A DNA stretch of 19,675 bases from Leptospirales bacterium (GCA_040326155.1 JBEQLE010000074.1:1-19675), one strand, 5' to 3'. Numbered from the stretch's first letter, positions 7,548 to 16,684 are shown. A program made the numbers and translations. Notes: generated by a model from the sequence alone, not told the origin.

Positions 7548-10277
7548 ATGGAGAAATTTCCTGAAAATATAAAATTCGCTTTAGACTGGCGACCTTACCA
7601 GAGTCGTGTATTACAGGAGCTGGAATTTCATCTTGATGATAATCACCTGAATATTGTGGCAGCGCCTGGTTCCGGAAAGACGATTTTGGGGCTGGAGGTA
7701 ATGCTCAGACTTAACAAGCCAACCTTGATACTGGCCCCCACTATCGCTATTCGTAACCAGTGGATAGCGCATTTTATGGATCACTTTCTTCAGACCAGGG
7801 AAAAACCATCCTGGATTTCCAGTAATATTCGGGACCCTCGATTTTTAACCGTTTCAACTTACCAGGGTTTGCATGCTGCTTTTACCAGACAAAATGAAAC
7901 AGGAAAAGAAGAGTTAGAAGTAGAAAATTTCCTGGAAGCTGATATGGTGGAAAATGCGACATCGTTACCGAACGCGCAAAAAACTATGCATGCAATAAAT
8001 CAACTCTCCATTAATACGATTGTTATTGACGAAGCGCATCACCTGCGAAATGCCTGGTGGAAAAGTCTGACTTACCTGAAAGAGAATATTGCAAACCCTC
8101 ATGTTGTCGCGTTAACAGCTACACCTCCTTATGACGTATCGCCCGCTGAGTGGAAAAATTACCAAAACTTATGCGGACCTATTGATGCTGAAATATCAGT
8201 GCCGGAACTTGTACTGGAAGAAAACCTGTGTCCGCACCAGGATTATGTGTATCTGAATTCTATATCCCGGGAAGAAAATGTACAAATCAATAAATTTCGG
8301 TCCGATGTAAAAAATTTCGATGAGCAGTTAAACAACAACAGAGATTTTATTGCTTTTTTAAAAACACACCCCTGTTTGTTGGACCCAGAAAAAAACATAG
8401 AAATAATATTGAAAAATCCGGAATATTACTCCGGCATTTTAATTTTTTTACTTTATACCAACAATGAAGTTTCACCGATTCTACTCAAGATTCTGGGCGG
8501 TTCCAAAAGAAAACTTCCATTGTACTCTCTGGAGTGGGCTGAAATATTATTACAAAATTGTTTATACCGCGATGACTATTTCAAGGAACATGGTCTGGAT
8601 ATTGCGGCGGCTCTGAAACACAATTTAAAAAAAATTGGAGCCATCGAAAAACAAAACATATACCTGATAAACAATTCACGAATTAAACAAATTCTGAAAG
8701 AGAGCTTAAACAAATTAAACAGTATTTTAGAAATTGTTAAACTGGAACATGAGAATCTGGGAGACAATTTGCGAATGGTGATACTTACAGACTTTATTCG
8801 AAAAGAATATTTTCCAAAAAAAGGCGAACCGGAACAAACGTTAAGTCGAATCGGTTTAATACCAATTTTTGAAAAAATCAGGCGTGAGTATCCCAAAAAT
8901 AAAAAAATTGGGATTTTATCGGGTTCGGTCGTTGTAATTCCGTACAGCGCTATTGAAGCGTTAAAAATTAGCGCAAAGCAACTCAATATTTCACAGACAC
9001 ACCTTACTTTTACAAAACTTTCCCATGACACGGACTTTGTAAAAGTTGCCATAAAAGGAGAAAATAACCAAAAGATTGTTCACCTGATTACGGAGATATT
9101 TAACAGTGGTGAAATTGAAATACTGACAGGAACAAAATCTCTGCTTGGTGAGGGGTGGGATGCTCCGTCGATCAACACGCTTGTACTGGCATCATTTGTG
9201 GGTTCCTTTATGCTGTCGAACCAGATGCGTGGTCGCGCGATCAGGATAGACAATAACCACCCTGGAAAAATTTCCAATATTTGGCATCTGGCCTCCGTCG
9301 AAAAAAACAGCCTTTATCCCGGGCATGATTTTGATACGTTAACAAGACGTTTTAAATCTTTTGTGGGAATCTCTTTTGCAGGTGATACCATTGAAAATGG
9401 TTTTAAAAGAATGGCTATTGGAGTTGGCCCATTCAGCGAAAGAAAAATTCAGACTATGAATGGCGCAACAATTGATTTTTCTAAAAACCGAAACCTGGTA
9501 AAAGAGAGGTGGATAAAGGTGTTAGACTCTGGGGTAATAAAAAATATTATTCCGGAACTTAAAACAGAAAAAAAGGATGTTCCTCGAAGTTTTGTATTTC
9601 GATACACTATTTTATCTCTTCTTGTTCGAACCCTTTTTGTCGGCGCAGCTTACATTATAGAAAATTTATATGGGATACTCAATTTATTGCGTTTTAATCG
9701 ATATAATCATTTTTCAGAATTCCTGGGAACCGTTGGACTGGTAATATTTATCGGTATTATTATTACGACTCCGGGGCTTGTAAAAACACTTTTTCTTTTT
9801 TTAAAGCACGGACCGGTTGCCGGCAGCATGAAAAATATTGGTGACGTTATTTTAAAAACACTTTCAGAAAAAGGTGTCATTAAAACCGATGTAAGCAAGC
9901 TTCGTGTTATTGCCGAACAAAGTCCGGACAAAGAAATATTTTGCGGTCTTGAAGGCGGAACCTCATATGAAAAATCCGTTTTTTTAGATTGCCTCGAAGA
10001 GATTGTCGAACCGATTGAAAATCCCAGATATATTCTAATTCGTAAAAGTCGCTTAAAATTCTGGGAACGAATAGATTTTCATGCGGTACCGCGAATTATA
10101 GGAACTCATAAAGAATCCGCCGAACAATTTTCATATTTTTGGAAAAAACTTGTTGGTAACAATAACCTTGTTTACACAAGATCTATTACAGGCAGAAAAC
10201 TTCTTTTAAAAGCCCGCCAAAACTCTTTATCCACCGCAATGCAAAAAAGATCTGAACGAATTGACACCTGGAAATAA
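7548..10277 (+). CDS. SF2 DEAD/DEAH-box (ResIII/SSL2-like) helicase/ATPase with two predicted C-terminal transmembrane helices
   Basis: Walker A APGSGKT, Ia LAPTIAIRNQW, II DEAHH, III LTATP, V LLGEGWDAP and VI QMRGRAIR. Hydrophobic segments at about aa686-704 and aa725-752. Confidence 0.88.
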   Translation: MEKFPENIKFALDWRPYQSRVLQELEFHLDDNHLNIVAAPGSGKTILGLEVMLRLNKPTLILAPTIAIRNQWIAHFMDHFLQTREKPSWISSNIRDPRFLTVSTYQGLHAAFTRQNETGKEELEVENFLEADMVENATSLPNAQKTMHAINQLSINTIVIDEAHHLRNAWWKSLTYLKENIANPHVVALTATPPYDVSPAEWKNYQNLCGPIDAEISVPELVLEENLCPHQDYVYLNSISREENVQINKFRSDVKNFDEQLNNNRDFIAFLKTHPCLLDPEKNIEIILKNPEYYSGILIFLLYTNNEVSPILLKILGGSKRKLPLYSLEWAEILLQNCLYRDDYFKEHGLDIAAALKHNLKKIGAIEKQNIYLINNSRIKQILKESLNKLNSILEIVKLEHENLGDNLRMVILTDFIRKEYFPKKGEPEQTLSRIGLIPIFEKIRREYPKNKKIGILSGSVVVIPYSAIEALKISAKQLNISQTHLTFTKLSHDTDFVKVAIKGENNQKIVHLITEIFNSGEIEILTGTKSLLGEGWDAPSINTLVLASFVGSFMLSNQMRGRAIRIDNNHPGKISNIWHLASVEKNSLYPGHDFDTLTRRFKSFVGISFAGDTIENGFKRMAIGVGPFSERKIQTMNGATIDFSKNRNLVKERWIKVLDSGVIKNIIPELKTEKKDVPRSFVFRYTILSLLVRTLFVGAAYIIENLYGILNLLRFNRYNHFSEFLGTVGLVIFIGIIITTPGLVKTLFLFLKHGPVAGSMKNIGDVILKTLSEKGVIKTDVSKLRVIAEQSPDKEIFCGLEGGTSYEKSVFLDCLEEIVEPIENPRYILIRKSRLKFWERIDFHAVPRIIGTHKESAEQFSYFWKKLVGNNNLVYTRSITGRKLLLKARQNSLSTAMQKRSERIDTWK

Positions 10278-10282
10278 AGCCA

Positions 10283-10843
10283 TTACCCCAGAAAGCCGGA
10301 AAATTGTTTTTGTAAAGTAGCAAAGGCATCTTTTGCGCCTTGCTTGTTTCCCGTTCTCAAGTTTTGCTTAATTACCACAACCCCCTGGTCAATTGTATCG
10401 TATAATTCGATTACATCAGCCTTTGATATTTTTCTGTTTTGCACACGGCCTTTAATTTTTTCCACTATTTTACTTATAATATAATGTAGTAAATAGACAA
10501 CACCGATATGGAGCCCGATAAAACCATAGGTTTTTCCCATTGCCAAAAGTTCCAGACTTTGGTAAATAGCCAGATTCCATGAAATCCAGAGCGCCGTAAA
10601 AGCAAGGAAGGAAATACCGAGGTTAATTCCAGGGGAGCGCGGCAAAAGAATGCTGATAATTTTATAAATAAACAGAATTCCCAGTAAAACAGCTATGGTG
10701 GAAAAACCAAACCAGCCAAAAATTGCCCCTATAAAATCTGTGGCAACGGTAATCGTATTGTAGATAGCGCTTAACGAGTCCGATATTTCACTCAAGGTCT
10801 TACCAAAATTTTCAAATATTTTTTTATAAATTTCTACAGTCAT
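10283..10843 (-). CDS. Hypothetical membrane protein (about 3-4 transmembrane segments)
   Basis: 186-aa ORF with a strong SD (GAGGAG) 7 nt upstream, several hydrophobic helices and a basic helical C-terminus. Confidence 0.7.
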   Translation of the reverse strand: MTVEIYKKIFENFGKTLSEISDSLSAIYNTITVATDFIGAIFGWFGFSTIAVLLGILFIYKIISILLPRSPGINLGISFLAFTALWISWNLAIYQSLELLAMGKTYGFIGLHIGVVYLLHYIISKIVEKIKGRVQNRKISKADVIELYDTIDQGVVVIKQNLRTGNKQGAKDAFATLQKQFSGFLG

Positions 10844-10922
10844 TTTTAATTCTCCTCAGATTTAGTTAATATTACCAGATTGTTACATTTGTCGCTTTGT
10901 AAACCGTATATTGCCAATTCTG

Positions 10923-11210
10923 TTATGTTTTGCCCGCTAGCTTTAATAACACTTTTCGTACTCGTTCCGATTGCGATTTTTCAATGGCAATTCCCAGTAT
11001 CATGCCCGATAAAAAAAGGGCAACAGCCGGCAAGGTGGGTACGGTATGGGACAAAATTACATAAATAACAGCGGGCGCAGGCAACAGAAAATACAATATT
11101 AACCGGCGTGGATTATGCCATTTTAATTTCTCGATGATCTCTGCATCGGTTTTATTCAGTTGATCAAGATGCTCGGTTGGTGTTTTTTTCTTTTGTTCTT
11201 TTTGATTCAT
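10923..11210 (-). CDS. Small hypothetical membrane protein (2 transmembrane segments)
   Basis: 95-aa ORF, SD-like GGGG upstream, two hydrophobic segments, co-oriented with the downstream membrane-protein gene. Confidence 0.6.
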   Translation of the reverse strand: MNQKEQKKKTPTEHLDQLNKTDAEIIEKLKWHNPRRLILYFLLPAPAVIYVILSHTVPTLPAVALFLSGMILGIAIEKSQSERVRKVLLKLAGKT

Positions 11211-11298
11211 TTTTACCCCGTTTGATGGTATATTTCAGATAATTTCCACATTGTACATTTTTTTCTTGCTGTATAATGGCTTACTTTCATTTATAGGT

Positions 11299-11985
11299 AT
11301 GAAAAATTCATTGCGAGTATTCCTGTTTATTTTTATTTCCATATCAGTTTTTTCAAAAGAATCTCTAGACTCTTTTGAGATGGAAGCCGGTAAAGAAAAA
11401 TATTATATTTATTACAATAGCACTATGACAGAAATACGAAATAAAACGTTTGAAAAAGACCGCACCTCATATACGGATGCTATTATTACTCGTTTGAGTG
11501 TATCGCGTAAAGACAAAACCGATTATCTTGTTCGTTTTGGATATTCTAAAAAAGCAGGCCCTGTTTTTTATCTTCTGGAAGCTCAGAAAAAAGGGTACAA
11601 AGTAGTGTTGAAATATTCCGGGCGCTATATGACGATACCGGGCGATGGTTCTGTTCGGGCTTACGGAAGCAAAAACTATTCAGTTCCTGAAATAAGAATA
11701 TTTCGTAGAACTGAAAAAGGTCTGGTTGAAATTGCCCAGGAAATAATCTATGTTGGTTTTAAATCGATTGCCGCAAAGTCGGTCTCTTTATATGCCAGCT
11801 CGAACTTGAAAAGTAAAATACAAACGCTCGATTCCAGGGAGGAACTTACAGTTGTTGTGCGTAAGAAAACCGCTTTTTATATAGTTACAAAAACCGGTAA
11901 AGCCGGTTGGTTGCACATCGGCGAAAATACCACCAAACGAGATTCACCGGTCAAGGAACTTTATGGACTAAATGAAAGTAAGTAG
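11299..11985 (+). CDS. Secreted hypothetical protein with possible C-terminal SH3-like domain
   Basis: ATG 11299 gives a typical signal peptide, MKNSLRVFLFIFISISVFS|K, with a perfect TATAAT at 11272-11277 upstream. The C-terminal SVSLY...LTVV...FYIVTKTGKAGWL resembles bacterial SH3 domains. Confidence 0.65.
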   Translation: MKNSLRVFLFIFISISVFSKESLDSFEMEAGKEKYYIYYNSTMTEIRNKTFEKDRTSYTDAIITRLSVSRKDKTDYLVRFGYSKKAGPVFYLLEAQKKGYKVVLKYSGRYMTIPGDGSVRAYGSKNYSVPEIRIFRRTEKGLVEIAQEIIYVGFKSIAAKSVSLYASSNLKSKIQTLDSREELTVVVRKKTAFYIVTKTGKAGWLHIGENTTKRDSPVKELYGLNESK

Positions 11986-12002
11986 TTTATAGCGTTCATG
12001 AA

Positions 12003-13400
12003 TCAATAAACTTCTTCGATGAGATTGAAATAATAAAAAGAGACATGGTCATCACCAGTAAGCCATATTTCATCTTCACCGGGGTGATCTATAATGAAAA
12101 AATATTCAAATATTTTCTCAGAATAGTTTTTATCTTTATAATATGAGTCAATGACATCGTCAGATGTAAACCATTCATTATCGTCCCCGGGGTTTTCATA
12201 ATTAATTGAGGTGTGTTCTAATGTTTTTGCATCTTCTTTATTTGTTGTGTAATCAGAGATTAAATCATCAGAGGTAAACCATATCTGATCTACTCCAGGA
12301 GAATTGTACGCTATACGCATTCCTTCCCGATAAGTTCCTTTTTCATCGGTATACCCGTAAATAGTGTCATCTTCATTTTTCCATATCATATCGGGACCAG
12401 AGTCATCGTAAAAAATCACACGGTTATCCCCATTTCTGTATGAAATTACACGTCTATATCTACCGGGTACATCATCTTCTGTAAACCAAAGTTCGTCCTT
12501 TCCTTTATACTCGTAATAAATTTGCAGTTTATCGCGAAAATTAACCTGCTCAGCCCAGTAATAGTCATCTTGTAAGGTATCATCCGAGCTCATCCAAATA
12601 CCATCAGGGCCGGGGTGAGTTGAACTTGCTTCCATAGTCAAAGCTTGTTCATACCTTCTGGGTGTTTTTACGAAATTTATAATATCATCGTTGGTATTCC
12701 AGAAACCATCTGGACCGGATGAATTATAATAATATCTCAATAAAATATTTCCATATTTATTATACACAATAACGTCTTTTGTTGATATATCATCTTTGGT
12801 AAACCAGAGATCATCTGGACCTGGACCTTCGCCATTTATAGTTTCGCTTAAACTTCCTGAAGAGTTATATACTTTTTTTTCATATCCATAAATTTCATCA
12901 TCACTGGTTCCCCACGTTTCGTCATCTCCGGGTGATTGATAACTTATAGAAAGTACGGGATTGTCTTTCTCATCGTACTTGTAAACCCGGTATCTGGTTT
13001 GTATATTAAACTTCTTTGCATCTGGATGTGTAGCCTGCTCGTAGGTACGCTTGAATGATTCTATTTCGGGAGTATAGAGTAGCACATCAATACCGGTATT
13101 TTCGGTCTCTTCATCACTTTCCTTTTCGTCGCTTTCGTCAGTAGAATCCTCTTCGGGTTTTTCAAATTCAAGTTTTTGAATCAGAAGATTTTCATTATAA
13201 ATGAAAACTGTTTTAGTATCATCGAAATACGACTCGACTACTCGAAATACACCATCTTTAGTTGTTTTATTCTCTCCCAGATCGGGTTTATTACTGTTGC
13301 AATGTAATAAAAAAATTAAGATTAAAGGCCAAAAAGAACGTCGGTGTAGAGAGTAAAAATAAATAGGTAATTTCCGACCATAACAAGTCAAAATGTGCAT
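12003..13400 (-). CDS. Acidic repeat lipoprotein with nine GxDxxWx(T/S/N)xDD repeats
   Basis: Lipobox-like ILIFLLH|C followed by nine repeats spaced roughly 33-38 aa apart. Start placed at ATG 13400 because the ORF-track TTG at 13412 lies inside the predicted -10 box. Confidence 0.75.
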   Translation of the reverse strand: MHILTCYGRKLPIYFYSLHRRSFWPLILIFLLHCNSNKPDLGENKTTKDGVFRVVESYFDDTKTVFIYNENLLIQKLEFEKPEEDSTDESDEKESDEETENTGIDVLLYTPEIESFKRTYEQATHPDAKKFNIQTRYRVYKYDEKDNPVLSISYQSPGDDETWGTSDDEIYGYEKKVYNSSGSLSETINGEGPGPDDLWFTKDDISTKDVIVYNKYGNILLRYYYNSSGPDGFWNTNDDIINFVKTPRRYEQALTMEASSTHPGPDGIWMSSDDTLQDDYYWAEQVNFRDKLQIYYEYKGKDELWFTEDDVPGRYRRVISYRNGDNRVIFYDDSGPDMIWKNEDDTIYGYTDEKGTYREGMRIAYNSPGVDQIWFTSDDLISDYTTNKEDAKTLEHTSINYENPGDDNEWFTSDDVIDSYYKDKNYSEKIFEYFFIIDHPGEDEIWLTGDDHVSFYYFNLIEEVY

Positions 13401-13408
13401 GAGAAGAT

Positions 13409-13437
13409 ACAATAATATTAATGGTTTATTATGTCAA
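13409..13437 (-). promoter_or_regulatory. Sigma70-type promoter TTGACA-N17-TATTGT for the repeat lipoprotein
   Basis: Perfect -35, optimal spacer and 4/6 -10, ending 8 nt before ATG 13400. Confidence 0.6.
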
Positions 13438-13502
13438 GTCATGATTATGTCTCATTGGAAGGTACATTTTAACAAAATAAAGCAGAGAATAGCAGTGCTA
13501 AG

Positions 13503-13550
13503 TTGACAAAAATAAGGCTTTCAAGAAAAAATGTTTGCTAATACATTAGC
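13503..13550 (+). promoter_or_regulatory. Candidate promoter TTGACA-N18-AAAAAT followed by the palindrome GCTAAT-AC-ATTAGC (13537-13550)
   Basis: Perfect -35 at 13503-13508 and a 6-2-6 inverted repeat over the expected transcription start. Confidence 0.4.
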
Positions 13551-13592
13551 TCATTATATTGTAACAGATACAAAATTAGTACGAAGGTGTCT

Positions 13593-13775
13593 ATGCTAGA
13601 ATTAAAAGATCCATTTGCAGAAGAAATGTTGCTTAAAATACTTGTCTTGCTTGAAAAAAGAGTGAAAAATCATCTAGGTCTCGAAATAGAGGAAGTAAAA
13701 AAACTGTACAATGAGCTGCTTCATGAGTCATTTACTCGTACTTCGGTGACTGAGTATCTGGCAAAAAAAGCATAA
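13593..13775 (+). CDS. Small helical hypothetical protein (60 aa)
   Basis: GAAGG SD-like sequence 5 nt before ATG 13593, upstream promoter candidate and amphipathic helical composition. Confidence 0.5.
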   Translation: MLELKDPFAEEMLLKILVLLEKRVKNHLGLEIEEVKKLYNELLHESFTRTSVTEYLAKKA

Positions 13776-13853
13776 CGAGAATATTTTATAGAAATTAGCA
13801 TTTCGAATTTAATATAGATTGACGGATGATCCAAAAAAGACCAGAGTTCCCTA

Positions 13854-14726
13854 ATGATACGGTTCTCTGGTCATAGATTGACTTTTTTATTGTTGTTTTT
13901 TGCCATTTATGTTACTGCGTTACAGGCAGTAGACAGCAAAGTTACAATAACGCCTGAAGTTATTCAATTACGCGCTTCTAAAGAGATTCAAACTTTTACA
14001 GTTTCTATTCAGTCAACAAAGGCAATTAAGGCTGCAAGTTTTACGTTTGAGATTCAAGATGAAATGGCAGATGCTGATGTGGCATTTTTTGCCCGAAATG
14101 TGAAATGGAAAAAAAAAGGGAATACCTACTCGTTTATCGATATATATGGTAAGACAGCAAAACTTTCGATTCCAAAAGAGCCGCTTGAGCTGGAAATAAC
14201 CGTAAAAGCGCAAAAGGGTATAACAATTGAAGGTGTTTTCAAGGTTCACGCCAGGGGCAAAGTTGTTGCCCAGGCCCCACTTTTTATTAAAGCCCCTTTT
14301 GATCTTGGTACAACCCTGGCTGATTTTTTCAGTAAGTTTAAACTCTATGTAGCGCTCTTAGCAATTTTTTTAATATTGGCCTACATTGGTTACCGATATA
14401 ACCGAATTATACAAAAACGGACAAAGACACTTTCAACCAAAGCCAATTTTTCGACGATGCTCAAACAAAATGAGGGTCTGGTAATTACTGAATTCGAGAA
14501 TCCTTTTAATTGTCGTCTCGCCGGTTTAAGTAAAAAAATTAAACTAAGCTACAGGGGTTCTGAAATTAACGCCTGGGTAGGTTCTTCTTTCCATCGATTT
14601 ACCGATTCCGATAATATTCAACTAAAAATTGACCGTCATTGGGAAATTACCATTGAAACTCAGAGTTTTGAAACCAGGCTCGGCAACCAGAATAACCTGA
14701 TTATATTTTTACACCCACTGATTTAA
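13854..14726 (+). CDS. Hypothetical single-pass membrane protein (signal peptide, beta-rich exported domain, TM helix, cytoplasmic domain)
   Basis: Signal peptide ending ALQA|V. TM segment LYVALLAIFLILAYIGY followed by basic residues. Candidate promoter TTGACG-N17-CAGAGT ends 6 nt before the ATG. Confidence 0.7.
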   Translation: MIRFSGHRLTFLLLFFAIYVTALQAVDSKVTITPEVIQLRASKEIQTFTVSIQSTKAIKAASFTFEIQDEMADADVAFFARNVKWKKKGNTYSFIDIYGKTAKLSIPKEPLELEITVKAQKGITIEGVFKVHARGKVVAQAPLFIKAPFDLGTTLADFFSKFKLYVALLAIFLILAYIGYRYNRIIQKRTKTLSTKANFSTMLKQNEGLVITEFENPFNCRLAGLSKKIKLSYRGSEINAWVGSSFHRFTDSDNIQLKIDRHWEITIETQSFETRLGNQNNLIIFLHPLI

Positions 14727-14745
14727 GTGGAGTAGAATTACAAAT

Positions 14746-15828
14746 TTAATTATAAGGTAGTTCGCTGACAAAAGAGAACTCATACATGCTGTTATGTTTT
14801 TCTACCATTGTTTTTAAAAAAGCGAGCGCCTCTTCGTTGTCACCTTCGGCCAGTACAATTACGGTTCCCCCGGTTTTCGCCATACGAATGGCCCTGTCCC
14901 AGGTCTCTTCCATTTCACTTTTGGTTCCCTGTATATAAACATTTGTCCGAAATGATTTCATGGACATTATTCGGGCAGTATCATATCCACCGCTATCTCC
15001 CGACTGGGTGTCCAGAAAGTGGTGAATTCCCCTTTTCCTGAGTTGTGAAAAAAGGTTTCTGAGACTGAAAATATCTTTCATGAATAAAGAGCCGTGGTAG
15101 CTCGATACGCCAGTTATCGAGACATTCTTCGGGATGGCGTTATCGAAATAAAGGCTAAGTTTATCAGGGTCTTTGGCATCATCTACCGTGATTGTCCTGT
15201 AATCGTTTTCCAGACCATCTTCGGATTCCAGTATAAGGGTAATCCATAACTCTTGTCCATATTCGATAATTTTTTTAAAGAGTTCTGTAGAATCTCCTTT
15301 TTGGGGTAAAACCCCATAAGAGACAGGAACTCCAAGTGTCTGCCATCTCAATAACGAACTAATACCGGAAAGGTTTTGTACAAATATTCCAATCTGGGGT
15401 TGTAACCTTTCATGCACCGGCCAAAGAATTCTGGCGTTGCGGACATAGATTTTGTAAAATTGATAATTATAAGGGTCGGTTTTATCTTCAAGCTTGTATA
15501 AATATAGTCCCGATTTTTTCTCAACCTGGTAGGATTCCTTAATTAAGGTTAGACCGCTTTTAAAAAAGATATCAAGCACTCTTTTTCGGGTCATTGCCGT
15601 ATAATCGCCGACACAAGCGATGGATACTACCGTGTACTCGGTATATTTACTGATATTTTCTGCACACTTTTTATCGGACCAAAGTCCCTGGACCAGTTCC
15701 GAAATTCTTTCGGCCCCTTTTTTTTGTAGAACACCACCATTTGCCTGTAAAAAATTTCGGGAAGGAGCAATAATGAGAGCTAAAAGGGCTACTACAATAA
15801 CAGGTTTAATAAACTTACTTTGTTTCAT
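14746..15828 (-). CDS. Divergent polysaccharide deacetylase (YibQ/DUF610-like) family protein, probably non-catalytic
   Basis: N-terminal membrane anchor or signal. The C-terminal domain follows the YibQ layout (PVSYGVLP, GQELW, GVSSYHGS, FLDT, RMAKTGGTVIVL) but has altered metal-ligand motifs. Confidence 0.6.
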   Translation of the reverse strand: MKQSKFIKPVIVVALLALIIAPSRNFLQANGGVLQKKGAERISELVQGLWSDKKCAENISKYTEYTVVSIACVGDYTAMTRKRVLDIFFKSGLTLIKESYQVEKKSGLYLYKLEDKTDPYNYQFYKIYVRNARILWPVHERLQPQIGIFVQNLSGISSLLRWQTLGVPVSYGVLPQKGDSTELFKKIIEYGQELWITLILESEDGLENDYRTITVDDAKDPDKLSLYFDNAIPKNVSITGVSSYHGSLFMKDIFSLRNLFSQLRKRGIHHFLDTQSGDSGGYDTARIMSMKSFRTNVYIQGTKSEMEETWDRAIRMAKTGGTVIVLAEGDNEEALAFLKTMVEKHNSMYEFSFVSELPYN

Positions 15829-16567
15829 CTGGCACCTTTGTTGATTTTCTATCGTGAGACCGAAGTGGTTTTATTCGATCAGCGTCTACATCACGCACCG
15901 GGCTTGAGATCGAGTTTTCGTCTAATTCAGGTTCTTTTTGATCTTCGTTTTCATCTACATTTTTCAAGCCATCACCCTCACCATCTTCTCCATCACCTTC
16001 AATTTCAACGAGTTCCTTTTTATCTTTTTCTATTTTATAGATTTCTTGAATTTTGTCTTGGGGAATTCCATTTTCAGTAAACTTGACGGACACGGTAGCA
16101 TTTTCAAAAATATACCGGTTCTCTTCGTATTCGTCTAGTGTTGAGAGGCAGGAAAGAATTAATACATGTTCTCCGTCGCGTACAATGGCAGTTTTTTCAA
16201 GGAATGAAACACCCCTGTATTTTAATTTCCATAAAACAATGTGTTTACCATCAGGTTCTTCACTTTCTCGCAGCATAAAAATATAGGAGTATTTTCCAAA
16301 CAATCGAGCGCTTTTTAAGTTTACCAGCTCTTCCATTGTTTTGGTTTCTTCCAGATAAAAACTTCGCACTTCAATTAATGCATTTTTATTTCTAGCCTGA
16401 AACACCACACCATTGGTACCAATTTCGTAATCTTTATCCCATTCTGGAGGAATATCTACAGCAAACCCTTTTTCATCGTTACGACCTTCCCAGTAGACGG
16501 TTTCGGCATAGAGAAGCGGTGAAACCGCAAGAGATATAAAAATAATATATAATAGTTTTAAACGCAT
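15815..16567 (-). CDS. Secreted hypothetical protein (PsbP/DcrB-like fold possible) with an acidic low-complexity tail
   Basis: Signal peptide ending LLYA|E and FAVDIPPEW (the FxxxxPxxW pattern of PsbP-like folds). Asp/Glu/Gly-rich tail. Overlaps the next gene by 14 bp. Confidence 0.62.
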   Translation of the reverse strand: MRLKLLYIIFISLAVSPLLYAETVYWEGRNDEKGFAVDIPPEWDKDYEIGTNGVVFQARNKNALIEVRSFYLEETKTMEELVNLKSARLFGKYSYIFMLRESEEPDGKHIVLWKLKYRGVSFLEKTAIVRDGEHVLILSCLSTLDEYEENRYIFENATVSVKFTENGIPQDKIQEIYKIEKDKKELVEIEGDGEDGEGDGLKNVDENEDQKEPELDENSISSPVRDVDADRIKPLRSHDRKSTKVPDETK

Positions 16568-16684
16568 TTTACCTGCCCGTTGTTTCTTATTCTTATTTTC
16601 GGCACATTGGAGCTAAAAAAACACTTTTCTGGTAAGGTTATTTTAGTGATTTGACAAAAATATCCATTTATCTTCTTTAGTACA

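Noticed and set aside
7548..10277. Type III restriction-modification system
   Set aside because: There is no adjacent Mod methyltransferase and no recognisable PD-(D/E)xK nuclease motif. Only the ResIII-like helicase core is shared.
10880..11068. 62-aa plus-strand ORF
   Set aside because: It has a TTG start and no SD, and it lies antisense to the more plausible 95-aa membrane-protein gene.
12042..12935. CRISPR array or DNA-level tandem repeat
   Set aside because: The periodicity is only at the protein level. Nucleotide copies are diverged and lie in one open frame.
13475..13501. CIRCE (HrcA) element
   Set aside because: Only a right-arm-like CAGTGCTAA is present, with no TTAGCACTC left arm at 9-nt spacing.
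14109..14117. A9 homopolymer as a phase-variation site
   Set aside because: The gene is in frame, and such tracts are common in this AT-rich sequence.
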